Notes under the pieces: generated by a model
What the model saw: the letters and a program-made list of their open reading frames with translations, nothing else
Told to the model about the DNA's origin: nothing
The model's database searches: none
NCBI GenBank assembly: GCA_002189035.1
Contig: NEEC01000021.1
Span: 992,001-1,056,000, forward strand
Length of the DNA stretch: 64,000 nucleotides
Direction of reading: 5' to 3'
Source of the DNA: Utricularia gibba
Lineage: Eukaryota; Plantae; Magnoliophyta
Shown here: positions 54,837 through 64,000 of the stretch, piece by piece
Position numbering within the stretch: position 1 is the stretch's first letter
How the letters are laid out: every line of letters starts with the position of its first letter
Program-made: the position numbers and the translations under genes

Positions 54837-56389
54837 CATGAAGCAAACTACTTGCATCACTGCACCTTATGTTGTGTGGAATCGAAGGCAGGGTTCATTA
54901 CTCCTTGCAACAGACGCAGGAATAATAATGTGGACCACTCTTGAGAGAGGAGCCACTTGCCTGCAATCACTATTTTTTTTAATTTTTTTACCATATTAAA
55001 AAACAATATTGTTATAGTAAAAAAAATAGCCCCCTTTTTTTAAAAAAATCGCCTTAAATAGTATGTGTCATGAGCATCTTTTTTGAGTGTACAAGTTTCA
55101 GAGCGACCGGACCGGACCGGACCCCCACCCACGGTTCTTGCAATAATGTGCGACTGTTCCTCATGTGACATGTTTAATGCCTTCCCCCCAATGTGCGAAT
55201 TTATTACAAAATTGTACCTTCAAATAAAAATTGTTTTTTAAAGCTGTACAACCTATGTGAATGTGAACCCATTTTGCATGCCCAACGACAATACGGAATA
55301 TTTTTATATATTTTTAAATCTACCATGAAAAACGTGAATAGATAATAATACCAGGATATTTTGAAAATTAGACATACTTATATTTTTTTAATATATCCGA
55401 TGAGAATACGATATAATTTTAAGTTAATTTTAGATAATTTTAAATCTATTATACGTGTTTATAAAAAACGAGAATAGGAGAAAAAATATTTTATAGACAT
55501 ATTGGCTAATCTTGAAACCACAATACATCATATTTCTATATAATTAAGCTTTATTTGATTCACTGTATATTGAATTGTATTATCGTGTCTATTTGAATTG
55601 AATTCTAGATACTCAAATACAACATAAAGTAACATTAACATCGACACTAGTTTTAGAATATGAATTGCATTTTATTAGAAAATTGAAGAATAAGATGATT
55701 CTAATGTCAACATAATTGCCAAATTATACACGAACCTCATTTGCATCATAGGTCGTAAAATAACAATAAGATAACCATTCATTATATGATTTTTTTTTCT
55801 AAGATCAAACGCATTTAGTCATGAAACATACATGAATTTCGAAACAATATGATATCGAAGAGGGACGAATGGTATGATCGTATTGTTTTAGAATTTGATT
55901 CAAATACGAGTTCACTATCGAATAAAGTTTATGATGTATTAAGGCATGGTTGTAATGGTGGTGAAGGGTATCCAAAACATTCCAAAAGGAGGAGACCACA
56001 TGGAGGTTGAAAGTGGAAGTTAGTGGCATTTCGGTAATATATGTGGAAAACATGGGGCAAATAGTTATGGAATAATAAAAAGTATTTGACTGGCGCGAAA
56101 GGCAATAATTGAACGGGAAGCAGACCAGCAAAGCGAAAGTCTCTCGGGGAGGCCCAGTCTAAGTCTAAGTTATATCATGTCCTGACGGAACGTCTGCGAC
56201 ACCGTGTCCGTCCGTATCAGAACCCTGCTCTGACACTTCTTTCCCCCAGGGATTAGTAATAAAAAAATATTATTTTTTATTATCTTTAGGTGGAAATAAT
56301 GGAATTAAAATGTAATAATAATAATGGAGGGGAAATAGTTTCTGTACACGACATGGGGCGTTGTAATTTAAAATGATCAGGTAATAATA

Positions 56390-56787
56390 TTAGGGTTGAT
56401 AGAGCTTCGTCCCACACCTGCACCGCCACGTCAGAAGGTAGTAGCTGTCGTCTTCCCGACGGTCTCTGCTGTTGCTCTCTGGTTTTCCGGTGACGTCGCG
56501 GTGGGGCGGAATCACTAGACTGGCCTCGCACGGCCGGCAGTTGAGACATTTATTGACGCACGCCGGTGGGCGTGATCCCAGCACCACCTTTCTCAGCTCC
56601 GCCCTCACGCCACCATCCGCATCGCCGGAAGCTGGAACCCGGAGACCAATGGGTTACCCCCTTTATCCATTAGAATTGTATTTCGGAATGAGAGAAGAAG
56701 CTTACCGGGACTGTGGAGGAGAATGCAGGCGATGAAGGAGAGGATGAAGCCCGCCTTGAGGATGGAAAAGAGCGACGCAGCCGCCAT
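56390..56787 (-). CDS. EPF-like secreted Cys-rich peptide (EPFL8-like), intact
   Basis: Exons 56787-56706 and 56631-56390. Signal peptide MAAASLFSILKAGFILSFIACILL, then LGSRPPACVNKCLNCRPCEASLV...YYLLTWRCRCGTKLYQP. Confidence 0.9.
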
Positions 56788-56827
56788 TGATGCAGCACAG
56801 GGAAAGGGGAGGAGGGTTTGGTTAAGA

Positions 56828-56866
56828 AGGAGGAGGAGGAGGAGGAGGAGGAGGAGGAGGAGGAGG
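56828..56866. repeat. (AGG)13 microsatellite in the EPFL 5' UTR region
   Basis: Thirteen perfect AGG units, about 40 bp upstream of the EPFL ATG. Confidence 0.95.
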
Positions 56867-57242
56867 AGAGTGGAGGAGGGGGAGTATAAGCAACATGGGG
56901 AGGCATCAGACGAGGTTCTTAAGCAGTGAAAACGATGGGGAGAGCGCTGTCGTTACGGAAAGCAGCCGGTTCTTGCTGCCAAATGGGTGTGCGTCATCGT
57001 TGATTTGTGAAACACAGAGACGACCCATCGCCGGTCTTCACCCAGATGAGTGCCCATATTCAATTCGATTGCTGGGCACGTGTCACTGCAATGACATAAA
57101 GAAGGAAATAGAGAGAGCAGTGAAATTCATGGCAGCTGCCTCCCCTGCACTCCCATTTACATTTAACAAATTTTACTTCAATCGCTACTATCAATGCTAC
57201 TGCCAACAATCCAATTTTAATATTTTAGAACCAGGTATGAGT

Positions 57243-57534
57243 TAGAGTTGGGCACAGGTCAGATTCGACCGTTTATAAGTTGAACTCATCGAGTCAACAT
57301 AATAAATTATGATTCAACTGATATGGATTAACGGATCAACATGCTAGATCCGTCTCGAGTCACGAATTAATTCGAATCATTACATAATTTTATATGTACT
57401 AACATGAATTGGGCTTAATTTATAAATTTTCATACAATTTATATATATTAATACAAGTTGAACTTAATTTATGAGCCATGTTACCATTACACAATTTATA
57501 TATTCGAGTTGATATGTATTCATTTACACCTCTA
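57243..57534. mobile_element. hAT-type MITE upstream of EPFL
   Basis: TIR TAGAGTTG/CACCTCTA (7/8 match). Flanks GTATGAGT and TTATGAAT (6/8 match). A related inverted partial copy lies at 59246-59380. Confidence 0.7.
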
Positions 57535-59728
57535 TTATGAATAAATAAAAACCATCGAAATTAATAAAAAAACAAAATATTTTTGATCCGGAGTTTGGAT
57601 ACATCCAATTAAAAATAAATATATAAAGAAGCAACCATTATGTAATAATTTTCTAATATAAAGAACATGTATATATTGAAAATATACTAGTGTAGTGAAA
57701 AAATTATATATTAGACATCTAATGTATGAATTATATGGAAAAAAAATACATTATTACTTCTACCAAAGAAAATTCCTTCAAAACCATCATTTTTTATTTA
57801 AAAATACTATTGTGTATTTTTTATATAAATTTAATTATAAACATTTTATGGAATATATGAACTAATCATTTTTTACAATAATACCCTCTAGAAAACACAC
57901 ATGATTTTTATTAAATTTCTCATTTCTATGCAAATTTCAAATGGTTTGTCAAGTGGATGAATTTTGGATTTATTTGGACCACCTTATAATATCAAAAAAA
58001 GTTTCGTAAATAATTATATCATCAAATACGAAGGATTTTTATTTCAAATAAAAATTTACAATTCCATAAGGATCTAACTTCTATTTTATTAGAAACACTT
58101 CTCGAAAAATAATCAAACAGAGTTTTCAATGTCTCGTATCGTATGCGTTGAATGGTAATGGGCTATCTTCGTACGAGCTTTCGTCACGGTTTTTTGGGCC
58201 TGGCCCTGCATCGGGCTTCGTGGAAAGGACTGGTTTTAAATATTCATGGGTTTTAGCTACCCAGCCCACGGGATTCATTCACTCTATATTTTATATGAAT
58301 TATTGTTTTCACTAATTATCAAATAAATACATTAATTACACATTAGTTATTTAATTCGTTATTTTAAATATTAATATACTTCGTCAACCAAGAAGTGCAA
58401 ATTCACATAGAATACAAAAAAAAAAAGAAAACTCATAAGATATATGTTGGAATTTTGAAAACACTTTGGATTTAAGATTGACTTGAAAAATAAAAATTTC
58501 TGAAATATTAAAATTTTCCGGAAATTTAAAACATTACATATCATATTAAAGATTATTTTATATTGAATAACACGTATTAATTACTAGTGGTACATATCTT
58601 ATACAATTTTTAATAATATTCAATGAATTAAATATTAATTTGTGCTAATTTAAATTATTAAATGCATTGATTCTTGGTATACTTATCGATTAATAACGTA
58701 TAAATGATATTTTTATTAGTTATAATGACGAGTATCCATATTTATATAAATAATTTATATTTATGAAATATTAAATCTATCATAAATAAAAAAATATTTA
58801 TGCTTATTAAATGTTAAAAAAATAAAAGAAAAGTACATAAATAAAAGGAAGCATCTCACACAAGTACCACTATGGAAGCAAATTATTTTATTATTCCAAA
58901 TTCCTTTATTCTCCATTTTTTAATATATTATTTTAAATTTAGAAGATTTCGACATTATCGAATCGGTCCAATTTCTTAATCCATCCTTTTTTTAAACTAA
59001 CAAATTCTGTTACAACACGTGCGCTAGATGCGGTTTGCTGATTTATAAAATATAAGTTTTATTAATAATTTTGTCTTTTTATCTACTTTAAATATATGTA
59101 TCAAATATAATAACATTTTAAATACACACATAAAACTTTAAATTAGTGGTTAGCTAATCAAAGGAGTTGAATTGAGATTCTAAAAAATTTACAATATAAA
59201 AGAACAAATGAACTTCTCAATCTTATTCTATTATAAGAACGGATTGATAAGTGCATATGAGTCAATTCGGATATATAAATTGTGTAATAATACTAGAAAT
59301 TATGAATTAAATCGAATTGCTGTTAATATATATAAATTATGTAATGATTCGAATTAACTCATAACTCGAAATTCATCTAGGGGTTCAATCGACCTCGATC
59401 TTATGAGAAGGGTTATTGAGCATGCTTGTGGGGACCTGAAAGATGGTGAACTGTGTTTGATGGTGGTGAAACTGAGTGAACTTTGCTATCATGATTTTTT
59501 AGTTATTAATTTTAAATATGTACTTATAAAATCTAAGTATAAAACATACTTTTTAATTATAATCAAATAATGCATTATTGTTTTTTTGGTATTTAGATTC
59601 CGAAAAAGGATGGTATAATGATTTGGTAGCTCCCTGGGACTATAAAACGATGGGTTGGGAAGAAGCTGTCCGGCACCTGCTGCAGAGTGGGAATCGTATT
59701 CTTGGGAGATCACCGAGTTTGGAGGAAA

Positions 59729-60427
59729 ATGGTCCAGAGCAGGAGGTTCAAAGGGGTCCGACAACGCCACTGGGGTTCCTGGGTGTCAGAGATTCGCCAC
59801 CCATTGCTGTAAATGTTCAGTATTCAAGTCTTTTACGCGACAGGATGCTGTTTTGTTTCTGGATTTTGCTTTGTCTGCGTGTAGTAAATGCTTGGATTGG
59901 ATTGGATTGTATGTATATAGGAAGAGGAGGGTGTGGCTGGGCACGTTCGAGACGGCGGAGGAGGCTGCCAGAGCCTACGACGAGGCGGCGGTTCTGATGA
60001 GCGGTCGTAATGCGAAGACCAATTTCCCGGTGCCGGAGAATGTAGGTAACGCCTGCAGCGGCTATGTTTCTTCGTCTTCCTCGAGACCCAGTTCGCTTTC
60101 GTCGATCCTAGGGGCGAAGCTCCGGAAATGCTGCAGATCGCCGTCGCTGACGTGTCTCCGCCTGGACACGGAGAACTCCCACATCGGAGTTTGGCAGAAA
60201 CGGGCTGGGTCAACGTCGGATTCCAATTGGGTGATGACTGTGGAGCTTGGGAGAAACAGAGCACCGAAAACACTAGCCTTAGCACTGCTGCTGCCGTCCC
60301 TTCAAACCCATCTCCGAACAACAGCGACAGCAGCAGCACTGTTCCTCCAATGCAGACAAGAGAAGGAATCAAGGAAGAAGAACGGATCGCTCTCCAGATG
60401 ATCGAGGAATTTCTCAACCGAAACTGA
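59729..60427 (+). CDS. SHINE/WIN1-clade AP2/ERF transcription factor; apparent 1-bp deletion at 60249-60251
   Basis: Exons 59729-59808 and 59921-60427. [47 protein letters not shown], the mm motif [26 protein letters not shown], and after one added G the cm motif [24 protein letters not shown] at 59641. Confidence 0.9.
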
Positions 60428-61999
60428 TTCCCATTCCCATTCCCCATTCCGATTCCCTTCACTCCGACGTCCAAGTATAAAGTTCATACTTCCCTTTCAT
60501 CACTCTCATCTGATTGCGCCCTCCCCTTGCTCTGTGGTACACCCCACTCTGTAATTGTATCGGGTTAATCCGAATGCGACAATAAAAAAAGTACTGCGAC
60601 TCAGAAAAAAACATGGGCATCAAGAAGTTCTTGTTTGGACACGCCGCAAGGCGATGCCTTGAATTCATGTGCGCTACTGATTGGGATCAGAACATGCAGA
60701 TATAAATGCAAGAATTTTCGATTGTACAGACTGTGGGGTTCTCTGTAATGAAATGTCCCCTGTCTCTTACCTACTCCATGGTTAACTCCCCTGCGTGGCG
60801 TGGCGGCTGCCATTCCTGGCCACCAACCTCCAGGCCCAAGACCAAGGCGTCGCGGGAATTGGATTGATCATCGGCCACCGTCCGTACTCCCGAATGCCCA
60901 GCCCGTACACGGGGCAGGGCCACCGTGACGGGCCGCGCCGGGGATGCCCGTCGTCCAAGCGGGGGTCGGGTTTGTAGACTAAGGTGGCCTGCTCCAGCTC
61001 CAACAGTAGCTGAAGATTGATCCTCAGTCTTGGATGACTATGTGTTAATTATTAAATACATAAGAAACGTAAATAATATTTTAAATGATTTGATCTATTT
61101 GATTATTAATAATCTACGATGTCTGATATATTTAAATTATAATTTATGTTATTTATTTTTTAATTTATAACATAAATTAGAAATTAAAATTTTTAAAGTT
61201 TATTTTTATTTTTATTTTAAAATATTATTAATTTTAAAAGTAATTCTAATAAAAATACTTTTAAATTATACTATAAAAATAATTTTTAAAAATTTTTAAG
61301 AACACTGTTTAAATATATAATAATCGTTCGTTTTTACATTTTCTTTTATCGTATTTCATCACACAAAGGTTTCTGATTTGGTTAAAACTTCCCAAACTTG
61401 GTGCTCACTTTTAGCCAATCTCCCGTAAAGTTGATGATTAAAATGTTTGGTTACGTTCCGCGTCAACAAAAATCTCTTCTTGTGGACGTGTTGCGTCTCC
61501 GCGTCGCACTCATCTTATCATCTACGCGTGTCCACCGTGTCCGGGTTCAGATTTTCTGCCTCTAATTTGGATCCGCAGACAGGTGTCGGTGTCAGATCAA
61601 GAGATTAGATTATTTCATTGCGCAAATCAGTGGCTTCGGGACCCGGGGCCACGTGAACAATTATGAATTATGCAGCTCTGAGTGGACACGGGGACACGCA
61701 CTATCCGATGTGTTTCCACTACGCATTGGATCGGCCCCAGTCCACTGTCAACCGGCCGGCCGAACCGCCCACACTAACCAACTGTATAATTAATTCAATA
61801 TTTAAAAATTATGAGCTTATCACACATCCTATCCTTATGTAATGTCATCCGTTTAGAATCCTCACGATTTACGTTATCTCTTTTAGTAAAAAAAAAATGT
61901 TTATCTATATAAATTGTCTATCTATTACATTTGTAATTGATGTAAGATTCATCTAATGTACTTTCATTCTTTATCAATATAATCAATGAGTAAATTTAT

Positions 62000-64000
62000 T
62001 GTTACGGGTAAAATCGTATCCGGTGGGAGGCCGATTTAAGGTGATAGGTGCGATCGGGAATGTCACACTTAGTCGCGTTTTTCACGGCTCGTTCAATTGA
62101 AGTAAAAGTGAGTGAAGATTTTTACGTAGAAACCGTCGGAAAGCGGAAAAACCACGGAGATACTGGAGCTTACCGGGAAAGATTTCCACTAGATCAAGAT
62201 GGCGAAGAGGGGAATACAAGTTCAAAAATCCTCTTTTTCTTTGTCTCCCTGGCGCTCGTCATAATTCCTTCTAGTTATAGGAGAGGTCACTCTGACCGAA
62301 TTCTGATGTCTGCAAATATCGATTGCTTTATGCTTCTGCTATGTGATCTCGCTTTTCAGATATTGGCCGTCTATCATGCCGTAATTCGACCACTTTTTAG
62401 ACTGTGTCATGCGGCCGTATTTGTCAGATTTCTGACAGATATCGGTCTGTCGACCGGCATTATCCCCCCAAAGTTTCTTTTGACAGCCTTTTAGATGCCG
62501 ATTACGTCTGGCCGATTTATCCCCTATCATTCAGCCCTCTGATTCGCCGATATTGGCCCTTCCGGGATAAGTCGGGGAATCAGAATCACCATAATGCCGA
62601 CTTTTGAGGGGCCGCCTTCCACAAATGAGCCACAAACCGCTTTGCACCGATACCTCTGCCACGTGTCGGCTCGTAAACATGCCACGTTTTTTCCTGCCCA
62701 TCCAGGGTACCTCAAACGTCGTGTCGCTTCGTCTCTCGAATCCTTACATTATAAATATCCGCACCCCTTGTCATTTCTCCCCTTTGCTTTCTTCGTTCGC
62801 TCGCGAGATTCCAGCGCTCTTTGAACTCCACCGTGCTTGCTGCCGTGTCATCCGCAGGAGATCACAATTTTCCAGGTATCCACTCCTTCTCCGTAACTTT
62901 TTGCATCCCTACGGTTGTTTAACTCCCCTTTAGGTCTTCGGGAGTTTTTGACGGGTAGCTACCGCCTTTCTGAGTCGTTTACTCCTAAATTCCGTCTTGT
63001 TCTAGGGTTTGGGGCTTCTTTCGATTTTTCGAAAATGGGTAGGAGATCTAGTGAACTTAACATCCCTCCCTTCACATTCGGTACTCGATTCCTGATGAGT
63101 ATCAACTTTCTCCTGCTCGGGATATCGAAATCCCTTGGGGGATCGTGAGAACCCTTGCCTCCATTCAGTCTTCCGGTCCCGCTCGCCTATTTCGAGAGTG
63201 GTTTACGCTTCCACTCCATCCTTTAATAGTCCGCTTTCTTTACACATTTGCGATTCCGCTTTATTGCCTCGCCCCGAATTCCATATTCTGCTTCACTACC
63301 TTCCTCTTCTATTCGGCCGGTATGGATCCGGTTATGACTCTAATAGACTTTCTCCATCTCTTCAAGGTTGCCGTGCGTAAAGCGAAGTCCCCGATGGATG
63401 GCCGATCTCATTTTCAGTTCCGCCGATTTGAAGATAACCCCACTTTGTTGTTAAGGCCCCCGATACCCACCATGATTGGTGGTCTTCTTTTGTTTGGGTA
63501 GCTCCCCTCTGGGTTCTCGGTGGAACTTCCCAGTCGATCCTCCAACTCCTTTCCGGATCAAAATCTTTGGTGCGTATCGGTCTTCTTCCGAATCTCGTGA
63601 AGTTCTGTATGAGAGGCTTAGTCGAGGCTCAGTTCGGTACGAGTCTCGTGCCTTGATGTTCTCGGGTGAGTCGCTGAAAAGATCAGATATTATCGGTCGT
63701 TCTTGAGACCCCATTGGCCCGATATCATTCCTTTCGACGGTGCCTATTCGAGAAACATTCCTCTTGACCCCCCTCCATCACTTCCTCTTGTTTCGGCTTC
63801 ATCCCGATCCCCCCACCTGTTCAAACGGGGCCCCCAAGAAAAAGAAGAGGGTTAAAGCACTCGCGCACAAACCCTCAAAGTGGTAAAGAGGTAGTTGGGC
63901 TCAGCTTTCCCGAGTTTCAGAATCGGCACTATGCCTTATTGCTTTTCCTACTTTCGTTTTCAGCTGAAGAGATGGCTCGGAGAAACTCCCTGGAAGATTC
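62000..64000 (-). mobile_element. 3' end of a Ty3/Gypsy (Tat/Retand-like) LTR retrotransposon: 3' LTR ~62000-62459, PPT ~62460-62473
   Basis: Abrupt GC rise at 62000, with TG at 62000 and CA at 62459. The minus-strand PPT TTTGGGGGGATAA abuts the inner LTR edge. A minus-strand TATA-like CTATAACT lies at ~62275. An antisense accessory ORF lies internally. Confidence 0.7.
63035..63530 (+). pseudogene. Frameshifted antisense accessory ORF of the retroelement (Transposase_28/putative gypsy-type domain-like)
   Basis: FTLPLHPLIVRFLYTFAIPLYCLAPNSIFCFTTF..DFLHLFKV, then HDWWSSFVWV in another frame. This matches the recalled LPLHPF..FL..F.I...LAPNS...W..FF.V pattern. TATAAATA at ~62750. Confidence 0.6.

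Noticed and set aside
56257-56283. 26-bp AT palindrome past the EPFL stop
   Set aside because: Low-complexity A/T palindromes are common at this base composition.
4160-60427. Functional cluster of epidermal (ICE1, LTP, EPFL, SHN) or flowering (FRI, LFY) genes
   Set aside because: The genes are unrelated and interleaved with housekeeping genes. Several adjacencies (e.g. NUP96-DeSI) look like ordinary inherited synteny. Nothing in the sequence shows co-regulation.
40-63714. Most short ORFs in the supplied track
   Set aside because: They are antisense or off-frame shadows of real exons, intron read-through, or low-complexity AT-rich frames, often with non-ATG starts.
1-64000. Conserved miRNA hairpins, rRNA or organellar insertions
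   Set aside because: I saw no match to the conserved plant miRNA sequences I recall, and no rRNA- or organelle-like tract. This was a visual scan only.

Overview
This is plant nuclear DNA from a eudicot, probably Lamiales (inferred from a LFY protein very close to snapdragon FLORICAULA). It is gene-dense, with very AT-rich intergenic DNA. I could build 18 intron-aware gene models: Nudix 17/18-like (partial), ICE1/SCRM bHLH, ARF2-like, LEA_3, ACR11, FRIGIDA, SDHAF2, CRAL-TRIO/Sec14, LEAFY, chloroplast DnaJ8, WRKY40-like, SDF2, DeSI/PPPDE, NUP96, two tandem DIR1-like LTPs, EPFL8-like and a SHINE-clade ERF. The right end holds the 3' LTR, PPT and antisense accessory ORF of a minus-strand Ty3/Gypsy (Tat-like) retroelement. 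Main observations: (1) eight single-base deletions at G/C runs break seven conserved genes, most likely long-read consensus errors rather than pseudogenes; (2) a 1.15-kb GC-rich higher-order tandem array of ~23-bp subunits switches from a 68-bp to a 91-bp period; (3) four hAT-type MITEs retain 8-bp TSDs, and one splits a possible decayed homeobox locus; (4) an orphan terminal exon of a Yip1/HRF1 gene; (5) several unexplained exon-like GC islands and an ABRE-rich promoter-like block with no adjacent gene. I saw no CRISPR, rRNA or tRNA, and no convincing new multi-gene system. All family assignments come from recalled motifs, not database searches.
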